Counted from the stretch's first letter, positions 34,701-47,400 are shown. The stretch is 64,000 bases of DNA from Heteronotia binoei (GCF_032191835.1 NC_083231.1:126356001-126420000), one strand, 5' to 3'. Numbers and translations are program-made. The notes: generated by a model from the sequence alone, not told the origin.

Positions 34701-37700
34701 TTTGGGTGAAGAAGTACTTCCTTTTATCCATTCTAATCCGACTACTCAGCAATTTCATTGAATGCCCCCTAGTTCTTGTGAGAAAGGGGAAAAAGTACTT
34801 ATTTCTCTACTTTCTCCATCCCATGCATAATCTTGAAAATCTCTGTCACCCCGCAGTCCACGCTTCTCCAAGCTAGAGAGCCCCAAGCGTTTTAACCTTT
34901 CTTAGGGAAAGTGTTCCAAACCTTTAATCATTCTAGTTGCCTTTTCTGCACTTTTGCCAATGCTATAATATCCTTTTTGAGGTGTGGTGACCAGAATTGT
35001 ACACAGTATTACAAATGAGACCACACCATCGATTTATACAGGGGCATTATGATACTGGCTGATTTGTTTTCAATTCCCTTCCTAATAATTCCCAGCATGG
35101 CGTTGGCCTTTTTTATTGCAGTCGCACACTGTCTTGACATTTTCAGTGAGTAATCTACCACGGCCCCAAGATCTCTCTCTTGGTCAGTCTCTGCCAGTTC
35201 ACACCCCATCAACTTGTATTTGTAGCTGGGATCCTTGGCTCCAATGTGCATTACTTTGCACTTGAACAATTGAAAACAATTGAACCCTAAAGGAATTATG
35301 CAAATGATAGCAAATTGACTAGAAAACTTCTTGCTAGCTGTCATCAGATTTCCAAAGCAAGGTTTTAAGCAGGTTAGAATTCGCACTTGTTCACAGCTAC
35401 TAAAGAACAGGAAGCCAGTTCTTTATGAGCTTCACTAGTGAGCGGTCAGGTTAAGAGGCAGCCCTGAACTTTGACCAGATCGCAGGGTCCACATCAAGAC
35501 TCCCTCTAAGCTGTTGAGTTTTGTGAGCAAAAATTCCACTTTGTGAGCTACTGGCACGAAAGTTGAACAAAGGAGGAGTCAAGTGCGCCTTCAAGATCAA
35601 CAATCAAGTTTTATCCCGAAGGTAAGCTTTCTTGTGCTCCAAGCACACTTCATCAGACGAGGAATCCGGTACGGGGAGCAGAGCTACACAGAGCTGGTAG
35701 GCAGGGGTTGAGAATGCAAAATGGTTCAAGTTTAAGATCCAAGGACAGAATAGTCAAATTAACAAATGGAGCAAACCTTTGATCTGGGTAGCGGGAGCAT
35801 GAGAAACCAATAAAACAGTAACATGTCACAATGCGAGATTGTCTGTTAATCACTCTATTGTTATAAGCAAGCCTGGGAAGCTTTTCCCATTCAACTAATT
35901 TACCTTTTAACATGTAACATACATATAGTTTGGCATGAGAAGAAAAATACGTTAAAATATAGTGGAAGATGGTCAAGATCAAAGGTTTGCTCCATTTGTT
36001 AATTGTACTATTCTGTCCTTGGATCTTAAATTTGTACCATTTTGCATTCTCAACCCCTGCCTACCAGCTCTGTGTAGCTCTGCTCCCGGTACCTGATTCC
36101 TCGTCTGATGAAGGGTGCTTGAAGCACATGAAAGCTTCCATTCTGAATAAAACTTGGTTGGTCTTCAAGGTGCACGTGACTCCTACTTTGTTCTACTGCT
36201 TCAGACCGACACGGCTGCCCGCTTGGATCTATGGCGTGGGAGTTGTGAACTGCTGTATCCATGAGTGTGCGCTGGGGTCCTCCTTCCTGAGCGAAGACAA
36301 AAATGTGTGAGCTGGAGGCTAAAAAACTGTGAGCTAGCTAGCTCACACTCACTCAGCTTAGAAGGAACCCTGGGCCGCAGAAGCAAAGGCTGCAGACACA
36401 TTCAAAGGGAGCACCCAAGCGAGGGCCAGCGTTTGCCCGCCCTCAGACAGAAAACATCAGCTGGAGCCCCGCCCCCCGCCCGAGCTGTCTCTGCCCCATA
36501 GCCTAGACAAGGGGCCGGAGCAGCTGCACGGGATGATCACAGAGGCCACCTAGTCCAGCCCCTGCTCAATGGGTCTAGAGCATCCCTGACGCCGGGGAGG
36601 GGGCGCTCCCCACTCCGGATGGGGCACCTGATTCCACCGCCCAACTCTGTCCCCAACCCTGTCCCCAAGCGCCCGGTCGCCCAGCCCCGCCCTCGGGAGT
36701 CCGCTCTCCTCTGTTGCTCCCAGGACCAGCCCCTCCGCCTGTCCCCCTCGGGCTGCTCCCCTCTGCACCGCCTGCCTGGCGCGGGAAGCGCAGACCTGCT
36801 GCCGGAGCCCGGGCACCCAGAAGGCCCCCCGGGAAGAGGACTGCGCGTCGGTGGCCAGTGCGGGGGGCGGGGGGGAGGGCGGGAGGAAGCGGCTTCCCCC
36901 CGCCGGGGTTGAGGCGGAGCAGGGAGCCTTCCTCCTCCTGCTGCGGGTCTTCCTGGCGGTGCTCCTCTCTCTCCCCGGCTGCTGCAGGCGCGCGCGGCGG
37001 AGCTGGAGCAGGAGCTGTGGGCGGCCAAGGAGGAGATGGGGCGCCACCTGCGCGAGTACCAGGAGCTGCTGAGCGTCAAGATGGCCCTCGACATCGAGAT
37101 CGCCGCCTACAGGTGAGGCCGGGCCCTGCACCGCGGGGGGAGGAGGAGGAGGAAGCGGGGGGGGGGGCTCCGCGGGGGTCGATCTCCCCCGCCCTGGCTA
37201 GTCCTGGGGGGGGGGGCAAGCCCTGCAAGTCTCCTGGATTCAACAGCCCCTTGGGCGGGGGTCGCTCCGTCCTCCTGGCGCGTGGCTGAGGCCGGCCTGG
37301 GGGGGGGGCTGAGTGCCCGCGGGGGGAGGAGAGGCCCTGAGGAGGGAGGGGGCTCCCATTGCGCCCCTCCCCCTCCCCCGCGTGGGTTGGACATCCGGGG
37401 GTCCTGGCTCCCCTCCCTCCGGAGCCTCCAGCGGGGGGGGGGCAGGGTTTTCTCGGCTGGCCGCCCAGCCCCTCCTCCCCAGGGGGGCTAGATGGAGCCC
37501 GCAGTTCTCCCGAGGCTCTCTTCCTCCCCCTCCCTCTCCCCCCAGCCCATCCTCTGCTCAGCACCCAGGGGCGGGGGACCTCTTCCCCCCCCCCCGGCAG
37601 GAGCCTGCCCTCTCAGAAGACGCCCCCGCAGGCCTGCCCGGGGAGGGGAGGGCTGTTTTCAGCCTGGCCCTGGGAAGAAAGAGGGTCCCCCCCCCCCGCC

Positions 37701-38039
37701 ACACCATCGTCAGGGAGCTCTTGAGGGCTGGCCGAGGGAGGCGGCGGGCAGAGCAGCTCCAGGGGCCACCAAGGCGCCCCCCCCTCATGATTCCGCTGCT
37801 CAGCCCGGGAAAGAGACAGGGGAGGGGGGGAGAAGGGGCCCCTCGCCAGCCTTTGGTCGGAGGCTCTGGCTCGGAGCCCCCCAGCAGCCCTGCCGCTAGC
37901 CAGAGGGCCCTCGGGGGGGGGGCGGGGGCGTTCTTGGGATCGCTGGCTCAGGCGCGCTCTCTCTCGCTCTCTTCCCAGGAAGCTGCTGGAGGGCGAAGAG
38001 ACGCGCTGGAGCTCTGCGGGGCAAACGCCGCTGAAATAG
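31732..38039 (+). CDS. Type IV intermediate filament protein, NEFL/alpha-internexin-like (384 aa; exons 31732-32700, 36988-37112, 37979-38039)
   Basis: [16 protein letters not shown] (coil 1A), [35 protein letters not shown], and [20 protein letters not shown]|KLLEGEETR. Giant exon 1, 125-nt exon 2 and phases 0/2 match NEFL/INA gene structure. Splice sites are canonical and there are no frameshifts. Confidence 0.9.
33960..35260 (-). mobile_element. CR1 LINE 3' portion with tandemly amplified tail (33960-34440)
   Basis: [33 protein letters not shown] on the minus strand, plus ~8 copies of the ~60-bp tail unit. Located in IF gene intron 1. Confidence 0.9.
35565..36240. mobile_element. Inverted Penelope pseudo-LTR pair with two hammerhead-ribozyme-like cores
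   Basis: Arms of ~210 bp (35570-35785 vs 35975-36200) around a spacer. Cores CTGATGA...GAAA at 36105-36133 (+) and 35656-35628 (-). Confidence 0.75.
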
Positions 38040-39286
38040 GGGGGGGGGGGGGTTTGCTCCTGCTCCCCCCCACAGCCCCCCGCCCCCTTGCTTCACCCCC
38101 GGCGGGCGGGCTGCCCTTGCAGGAAGGGAAGAGAGCCCCCCCACCCGCCCCTTCCTGGCCCTGGCGCCCCCCTCCTTTCTGGGCCGGCCGGGCAGGCAGC
38201 TGCAGCCCAGCTGGGCCCGGGCGGGGGGGGGGGCCCTCCGGCGAAGTCCGGAGAAGGGAGGGCAGTGCCAGCCCCACCCCCAGCCCAGCGGGCTTCGGTT
38301 GAGGGCAGGCGGCGGCCCTGCGCAAAGCACGGAGGGCTCCGCTGACCACCCCCGGAGCCCCTCCCCGTCTTTCCCCGCTTAGGACCTCTTTAGGACCCGT
38401 TTGGAAAGGTCTCCCCCTCCCCCGCCCCAGAGACGTCTGCTGCTACACACCCCGCCCGCTTGGATACAGTGTTAAGGGCGGGGGGGGGGGAATCCCAGCA
38501 CCATCGCCAAAGCCAGCTCGAGACTGTCGCGAGGCCCAGTGGACCCAGCACCCCCCCCCCTGCGCTTTCTGCCCAAGGCCCCGTCCCGGGAAACCGGAGC
38601 TGCGACTGTACACGCATCCCCGCCCCCTCCTGACTTAGGGGGGTGAAACCTCAAGCTATGACCCCCTGAGCCTCCAGCGTCTGTGGGGCTGAGGGAGAGC
38701 TGCAGTGGGCAGGCAGGATCCTCTGGATCTTTGGGGGGGGGCCCTAAAGCCCTTGTGGGGCAGTTGGGAAGCTGCCCAGCCTCCCCCCTCCCCCGTGACA
38801 AAACTGGCCAGTAACCCCCCCCCCCAGAAAAAGCCCAGGGGCCCAGCAGCCCTTTGCCCCTCCCAGGGGCCAAACCTTGAGGAGGGGGGAGCCCAAGAGG
38901 CCACTTGGGAGGGCCAGGATCAGGAGAGGAGGTCCAGACCATCTCCCCTCCCAGGGGCCTGAATGCAGAACCAGCTTTCCAGACGCCTGCCTCTCATTCC
39001 CGCCTCAGCCCCCAGCAAGGCTTTCTTCTCCAGGGTCCCCCCCACAGAAGCTCTTCTCCCCCTGGCCACGGGTCAGGCCGCAGACCCCCAAGGGGCTCCT
39101 CTTGCACTGTGCTCCTCCTTTGTTTCCCCAACGCAGGTCCCGCTTTGCTTCAGAACCCCTGTGGGGCAGAGGGGGCGGCGGGCCCAGTGTTCTTGCAAGG
39201 CACCTGGGTGCACAAGGCCCAAGAGTGCAGCTCCCTCCCACCCCAGGGACGGCTGCCATGTTGTATGTGCAGAACAGAAGCAGATC

Positions 39287-39292
39287 AATAAA
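39287..39292 (+). terminator. Likely polyadenylation signal of the IF gene
   Basis: First AATAAA after the stop (38039), followed by GT-rich downstream sequence. Further AATAAA at ~39738 and 40128. Confidence 0.55.
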
Positions 39293-40033
39293 CAACTGTG
39301 GAACTGAACTGTGCCTGTGACTCTTGGGGGGGGTCTTCTGTGTGTGTGTGTGCACAGAGGGGGGATTTCTACGGCTGGTTAGGACTTGATTCAAGATGGC
39401 TAGGGGGGACTTGATCCTCCCTCCAGTCTCACTGCAGTGCCCCTGCCCTTCCCAGGTCTGACAGAACAGAGTCATGCAGTGCCAGAACCTGGCCAGTCAA
39501 TATTTTTTTCATTTGCAGGCCTTTCTCACCCGGAAGGCCCACAGCAGATTATGACTTTTAAACCTCCCTCCCCTCAAAAGAAACCTCCACCCATTAGTGC
39601 TGTTTCAGAAGCAGCCCACCGTCTGCTGTGAGGTCCTTCACTCCACCAGGAAAGTAGTTGCCCAAGTAATTTACGCCAAAGACATTTTCAAGAACACCCT
39701 TCCCTGTGCACGCAAAGTGGGCCCTGCCTCTGCAGCCAATAAAGGCAGCAACTGCACCAAGGTCAGTTTGGGTCCAGCCCCACCCCCCCAGCTCCCTTCT
39801 CCCGGTCAGGTGGCTCCATCCTTGCTTCTCTGCTTGCATTTGGCAAGATGCTTCTCCCTTTGTTTGTGACTGAGGGCTGTTTGGCCAGAGTTTGTTACCC
39901 CTTCTGTCTTCCTCCGAGGGGGAACACTGCTCCCCTGGATGGCTCCCTGGCCTCCGAGGCTGGCCAGACGGACACCCTCCTTTCTCTCTGCTGCAGGCAA
40001 CATGTCCAGTCTGAGAGTTTTCAGTACAGTGAT

Positions 40034-40039
40034 TTTATT
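40034..40039 (-). terminator. Candidate polyadenylation signal of DQX1
   Basis: Plus-strand tttatt = minus-strand AATAAA, ~1.4 kb downstream of the DQX1 stop. Confidence 0.45.
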
Positions 40040-41406
40040 TATCAGCTCTTTAAAAGACGCATGATTTGCCGATAACAATATTAATCTAAAACAAAACACG
40101 TAAGACGCAAACATTAAAGTAGCCCACAATAAATTAATAGGAGGCTCCTCGTCACATTCCCCAGTCATTTCCCCTTCTTCTATTAACTCACACTGGTTGT
40201 ACCAGAATTAGTGTTACTTTTTGTTCCCAGAGTTCCAAGAAAGGCTTTCACTTTTAAAAGGCGGCTTCTTTTTCAACACCTTCTGAGAAACATGGGAAGC
40301 TGGTCACCTTCCCACCTCCTCCTGTGGAGGGGACCAGATGCCCGAGGGATGCTTAACCTCCATGCCGCACCCCCTCCAAATCTCCACCACAGCCAGTTTT
40401 TTAGGAAGAGCTGCTTCCTCTCAAAGGAACCCCTCCAGCCTGTCTCTGTGTTGCTCACAGGAGCCTGGGTGAGGAATTACGCCCCCCTCCCCAATGACTC
40501 CAGCCCATAAGAGAGGCCCGGTCTGCTGCCCCCCCCCTTGCAGGTGATTGACAGTTCAGGCCAAAGCTCCACACTGAGGAGGCTCCTCTTCAGAAACCCG
40601 AGGCAACTGGGGTGGGCTTTCTGAACGGCAGGTCACTTGCATGGGTGCTGAACTGCATTTCCCTCCCCCCAGGCCCTGGGTACATGACCCATGGATTCAA
40701 GGCACAGTTTTTGGCTCCTAGACGTGGGGGTCTTTCTCTCCCTCCAGTCCCTGGAGATACCCTCCCCCACCATGTCCAAAGATGTGCAAACGGGCGGGGG
40801 GGGGTGGGAGGAGAAGAGGCCCCAAGCTGTTCTCTGAAGCCAGGGGGGAGTGATCCAAGCCAGGAACAGCAGTTCTCCAGCAGGGGGGGGGCGGGCAGGA
40901 CTCTCCACCTGCCCCCCCAAGCATCCCTCAGGTCTGGCCTGCCTCCTGCAGCCTCCCTCCCTTAGGCAACACCCAAACCAAAAAGACTAGCCTGCCAGAC
41001 AGCCTTCAGTTGCTCACTGGGAGGGAGGGCAGTGCAGCCAGACGCCATTAGGGCCTCCCCCTCCCCGCAGGCCCCGCTTGCTTCCTCCCCACAGCATTTG
41101 CATGACACCAAGACCACTGGAAGCACGTTTATGCACAGGACGAGAAACTGCCGCCCTCCCTCCCTCCCTGGAGACCCCCAGCACAGCCCCAGCGACCTTG
41201 CTTCCCCTGCCCCCTCACCCACCGCAAGACCCTGACCTCCCCTGAGAGGCTGCCGGCCATTGGGTTTGGAGAGCAATGCCCCGCCCACCACCCAAGCAGG
41301 TGAGGCACCGCCCCGCTTAGAGCCGACTGCCTTTGCCCTGGCCCCACACCTGCCACCTCCAGCCTTCCGGGCTCGTGGCCGGGGCTGTCTGCTCCCCGCA
41401 GAGGCC

Positions 41407-44400
41407 TCACTGAAGCACGCAGACGTCCTCGCTGTTGTCTGCAGCCTTGGCGGCCAGAGGCTCCTCGCCCTGGGGTGGGGGGGACGACACTCCTCCCGCC
41501 ATCTTCTCCCGCAGCTCCAGCAGCAAGTCCCGGCTCTCACTGGGGGGCAGGTTGCTCAAGTAGTACGGGGGGGCCACTTCTGCCAGCCTGCGGGGAGAGA
41601 GGAGGGCAGCGATGAGGCTGGTGGCAGTGACGCCCCCCCCCCCCGGCAACTCCTCAGAACTCCCCCCAAGCCACAGCACAGCGATCCCAGTGGCAAGGCT
41701 GGAGACGTGGAGGCCGAGGGCCCGGAAAGGGAGAGCTGAGCAGTCATTGGCCTGGGTGGAGGGCAGTGCGGGCAGGGGGGTCTTTCCATCCCTCTGCATA
41801 CCTGGGAGTCTCTCAAATATTGTAAGGAAGCAACACAAAAGGCAAAATCCATGCTGGAGACTGCTTGCAAGAGAACAGCCAATGACGCCCTTGCAACAGA
41901 TCTATGGGAAACTCCCATTTGGAAGTCTGTGTAGGGTTCTCATTCCCAAACCTCACAAAGGCCGCTGCAGAGCTAGAAAATGTACAGAGGGGGACAACCA
42001 GGATAATGGCGGGGCGGGGCGGGGCTGGGGGGTTGGAGCCCCTTCCCCACGAGGGAAGGCCTTTCAGCTGAGAAAAGAGGGAGTGGGGGAGGGGAGGATG
42101 TGCCAGGAGCTGTGCCTCCAGCTTCAGGGCACCCACCAAGGTCCATCAGCATCATGGAGTGCCTCTTTTTTCCAACCACCAACTAAAATCTAAAATTAGT
42201 CACCACTCAACATAGTGACACTGGCAAGGAAACGGCCTTCTAAGGTGGCTGGACTGAGTCATGGGGGAGACAGAGGTCCACTAACAGCTACCAGCTGTGG
42301 TGAGTAAAGGGCACCTCCAGAGGCCGTGGGGAGGGGGACCTCCAAGTCCCAGCCCTCAGAGGGGAAGGCTTGGGCCTCGACGCCCCATCTGTTGCTCTTC
42401 CAGGGCAACTGGGTGAGAAAGGTGGTTGGCCTCAGGATCCCACAACATCACCCGCAAACAGATTTCAGTTTCTCTCATAATATGTGTAGTTTCCTCAGAA
42501 TTTCTTCTTGTCAGGAAAAAAGGGTTCACTGTAGCTTCAAAATGTCCAGACCTTCTGCATTGCTACGGAAGCTCTTGCAGTCATAATAAAGGCACAGAAT
42601 CCCCACCCCCAAAAGGAAAAGGCCAGAATCTAAGACCCGCGAGACCACCAACAGCCGGCCCCCGCCCAGCCCCAGGATGCTCACATGTCCGGCTCAATCT
42701 CTGAGACGACGCTGAGGCAGTTGTCCAGCGAGATGGTGAACTCATGATAGAGCAGCCACGGCGGAGGGGGGTGGGGCGGCTGGCGCAGCCGGTAGCTGCA
42801 GGTGGGGGGCAGCTGGGCCACGTGCTTGCTGGTCAGCAGCAGGTAGTTGCCGGAGCCGTCGATGTCACGAGCCACCTGCGGGGGAGAGGAGAATGAGAAG
42901 AACCCAACTGGAACAGCTTCCCCCTCTGCTGCCCGAGACAGGCTGTGGGCTCTTCTGCGAAGGACCCAAGGCAGAAAGAGGCTGGGAGGGAAGAAGAGCT
43001 GCCTTGGCGGGCGGGGGGGCACTTGGCCTTCCACTCCCCAGGGCCACACTGGCCAACATGACCGCCCCCCCCCCCCCCCGACTGCACCAAATCTCAGCCC
43101 CCCTTCCGGACACGAGGTGCTCGCCCTCAGCACCTGGAGTGCCCCCACCCACCTTGAGGAAGAAGCCTGAGAGGAGGGCCTGCTTGAGCCGGCGGGGGCT
43201 GTCGTCAGAGCCAAAGGCCGGCGGGGAAACAGGCAGCTCAATGCGCTCCATGACCTCCAGGAGCTCCGCCCGCACTGCCCTGGCCAGCTGCAAGGCTGCC
43301 TCGCTCACCCCATGCTTCCGGCACCAGCTTTCTGGGTCGCTCTCTGAAGGAGGCAGGGAGGGGAAGAAGGAGTAAGCAAGAGGCCAGCAGCAGCAGCAGC
43401 CCCCCCAGCCCCCCTGTCCCCCCGGCCACTCACGCTGCAGGAAGGTGTTGAAGACGTTGATGAGGGTGAAGTGGTCTCCAGCAGGGTGCAGCAGGGTGCG
43501 CTGCCTTGCCAACACTGCCTCCCCCCAGCGAGTGGGTGGGGTGACGAAGCAGGGCCCCGCTGCAGGGAGGGGGGGAAGAGCGAGAGAGCAGCTCAGGCCA
43601 GTGACCCAGGCAAGGGGGTCTAACAGCAGAGGGGTTCACGGGGTGGAGGGAAGAGGAGCGCACCTGTCAGCATGGCGGCCAGCGTGAGCATCTCTTGGAC
43701 ACACTCAAACTCACAGGAGGCCAGGAGGGCCTTGGCCAGCTGGGGATCAACCGGGAACTCGGACATGATGATGCCCACCTCCGAAAGGCTGCCGCCATCA
43801 TCCAGGGCGGCCAAGTAGTCCAGGTCCTCCAGGGCCTGCATGAGGGACTCCGGGGCTGGGGAGGGAAGAGCGGCAGGGCTGAGGCGGAGCAGGCCTCCCA
43901 CAGCGCCGGGGCCCCCACCAGCCCCGCAGCCCCTCCTCACCTGGCCGGTCGAGGAAGTCGCACTGGCCCATGTCCGCAATGTCCAGCCTCTTCAGCAGCA
44001 GCACCAGGCGGCTCAGGTTGGCCTCCGTGATGCGGGCCGGAGGCAGGGCAGGGAGGCTCTCCTCGTAGAAGGACTCGGTGTAGAGGCGCAGGCAGGTCCC
44101 TGCCGGGCACAGGAAAGGGCTATGGGAACGAGGCGCCCCCCAGCAGCAGACCTGCCCTCTGCCTGGCCCCGCCAGACTCACCTAGGGGGCTCCCAGCCGC
44201 CCTCAGCCGCCGGCCCTCCGCCTGCTTCTTGCTGATCGGGCGCAAGCCCTGTGACTCAGCCCGGATCTGCGGATTGTAGACCTGCCCAGGAGAGACAACG
44301 GGAGAGGGTGAGGAGGGCAGACATGCTCCACCCGCAGAGGAGCCACGGGTCGCTGCCAGCAAGCAAGCCAGAGGAGCTGGGGGGGAAATAACTCCTTCAT

Positions 44401-47400
44401 TGGCCAGGCTGCTGGAGAAACACCAGCTGCACCCGCCTCGCTCGGCTGCCAAGCGTGGCCAGGATTCCCCAGCAGAGAGGGGCAGGTGGCTGAGTGCTCC
44501 CTGGCCGCAGAGCTGGCAGGACGGGGAGGGCGGGAGGCAGGGCACCATCTCTGCAGGCTCCCCCTGGGCTCAGCTCCGAGAAGCGGGCTGGACGCCTGCC
44601 CCAGGAGCACCCCCACTCACACTGCGCAGCTCCAGCCCCGTGTCGATGACATGCCGGACGCTCCCCACGGAGAAGGCGGAGTCTGCCAGCCAGTGGGTGA
44701 CAATCACCCGGCGTGCCGGAGGCTCCAAAGTCTCGTACAGTTTTTGGACCTGCCGCCCCACGCTGGGATGAAGGGGCAGCACCAGCAGGGAGCCCAGGCA
44801 GGGGTCCAAGGCCTCTGCTGCCCCATGGAGGGCCTCGCAGCACTCCTGGATCTCCTGGCGGGGGAGGAGGGGAAAACGTCCGTGACTGGGGTGTCCCACC
44901 AGACCCCAAACTCTGTCCACCGGCCTCTTCCCCTCCCAACATGCTCCGTTCCCCCTGCCCCAACCACCTTCCTGGGCCAGCCCCCTGCGCAGCGGCTGCC
45001 TCACTCCAAAAGCTCTCTGAGCTGGAGAAGAGACACCTGCCTGCCAAGAGGCTACGTCTGTCAATGGCTACTAGTCACAGGGGCTGAGGGGCACTAAAGC
45101 TCTGAATCCCAGGGGAAGGCGTTAGCCTCTTGTTGGTCCTCCAGAGGCAGTGGTTGACCTGACCCAGCAGGGCTCTTCCGATGCTCTTTTCAGGAGAAGG
45201 CCTCGGCCTCTCTGCCCCATTGTTGGCCCTCCAGAGGAACTGCCTGGCCACTCTGTGAGACAGGAGGCTGGACTAGATGGACCCTCACTGGTCTGACCCA
45301 TCAGGGCTCTTCTAATGCTCTTCTCAGGGGAAGGGCTCAGCCTCTCTGCCCCGTTGTTGGCCCTCCAGAGGAACTGGCTGGCCACTGTGAGAGACAGGAG
45401 GCTGGGACTAGATGGACCCTCCGTGGTCTGACCCAGCAGGGCTCTTCTAATACTCTTCTCAAGGGAAGGCCTCAGCCTCTCTGCCCCGTTGTTGGCCCTC
45501 CGGAGGAACTGGTTGGCCACTGTGTGAGACAGGAGGCTGGACTAGGTGGACCCTCCCTGGTCTGACCCAGCAGGGCTCTTCTGATGTTCTTATGAAAGCC
45601 TCTCTGCCCTGTTGTTGGCCCTCCAGAGGAACTGGCTGCCCACTGTGTGAGGCAGGAGGCTGGACTAGATGGACCCTCCCTGGTCTGACCAGCAGGGCTC
45701 TTCTGGTGTTCTTCTCAGGGGAAGGCCTCAGCCTCTCTGCCCTGTTGTTGGCCCTCCAGAGGAACTGGATTCCCTGCTGGCCTGTCCAGCCAAGCTGAGA
45801 GGCATTTGTTTCAATAGAGGGAGAGGATACAGGCCACATGATCAAATGATCTTAAGGGACCCTTCACATCCGGGCCACTTGCTATTTGAGATTTTACCAT
45901 CAGGTAGGCGATATAGAGTGTTGAAGGCAAAGACAAATAGATTCAAGGACAGCTTGTATCCAAGTGCCGTGGTTAAGCTAAATGCAGGGTTATGAATGGT
46001 TATGTGTTTTTAGATGCATTTAAATGGTCTATGTATATGTCCTTTTGTAGATGTGATTTTGGTATGTTTGTGGAAGAGCACCTCATTTCGTTGCTCTCAT
46101 NNNNNNNNNNNNNNNNNNNNNNNNNNNNNNNNNNNNNNNNNNNNNNNNNNNNNNNNNNNNNNNNNNNNNNNNNNNNNNNNNNNNNNNNNNNNNNNNNNNN
46201 NNNNNNNNNNNNNNNNNNNNNNNNNNNNNNNNNNNNNNAATGCAGAAAGGTTGTTTCCATTCTGAACCCCCAACCAGCAGCCTAAAATGGCTCACGTGCC
46301 CCCCCCCCCCCTTCTGACCAGACTGCTCCTTACCTGCTCGCTGGCCAAGAAGACCATCACGTCTCCAGCTTCCTCCTCCTTGTGCAGCTCCAGCACGGCT
46401 TGGCAGGCAGCAGCCACCCGGCCCTGAGGAGGGAGGGCTCCCGGTAGGTCAGGCGGGGGGCAGGGGCAAGCGGCGGCACCCGCACCAGCGGGGCATCAGG
46501 ACAGAAGCGGCAGAGTGGCTCCTCCAGCGAGGGGCTCCATCACCACTATGAGGCGCAGCTCGGGGCGCTGGCGCTGAGCGTCCTTCAGCAGTCCCAGGAG
46601 CAGGTCTGTGGCCACCGTGCGCTCCTGGGCCTCATCCAGCACCACCACCCCATACTGCCGCAGCAGGGGGTCAGAGGTCATCTCCTGCAAGAGGACCTCA
46701 TCCGAGCAGAACCTGCAACCCACACAAGGGCAGGTGGTGACCTAGAAGAGGCTGCGCTACCGGCCCCTCAATCACCAGCACTTCCCAGCGAGACCACGCA
46801 ATAAGTGACAGCCGACAAAGGCCCCCAACGAGACAGCCAAGCAGCAAAGCACCCCTTACCTGAGCAGGGTCTCCGGGATGCAGCAGTCCTCGTAGGGGAT
46901 GCAGTAGCCCACCTCGTGGCCCACGTTGAGGTCCATTTCATCTGCCACGCGCAGGGCCAGGCTCAAGGCAGCCAAGCTGTGGGGCTGAGCGCAGACCACC
47001 TGGCCATGGGCAAACTGCAGTGAAAGCGCATACTCCGCACACCACTGAGGCACCTGAGGAAGGAAGGATGAAGGAAGGCAAACCTGAGTGCTCCTCCTCC
47101 TCACTAGAGCACGACCCTGGCCCATCTGGGAAAGGCTGCTCCCCAGAAGACACCACCCGAGGAGGAGAGATGGCACAGGCAGCGTGTGTCACTCTGGGGG
47201 GCCCAGCTTCAAGAGCTGCTGTCCCTGGCTCAGTCGCCAGTCTCCAACCCTGCACAGGAGTCCAGCAGAACTGAGGCAGAAAAACAGGTTTTGGCTGCTT
47301 CACACCCCAACTGCGAGAAGGTCCAGTGAGAGCAGATATGCTTCTCAATTGCACACATTTGCCACAGAACAGCATCTGCTGAATCATAGGTGGTGCATTC

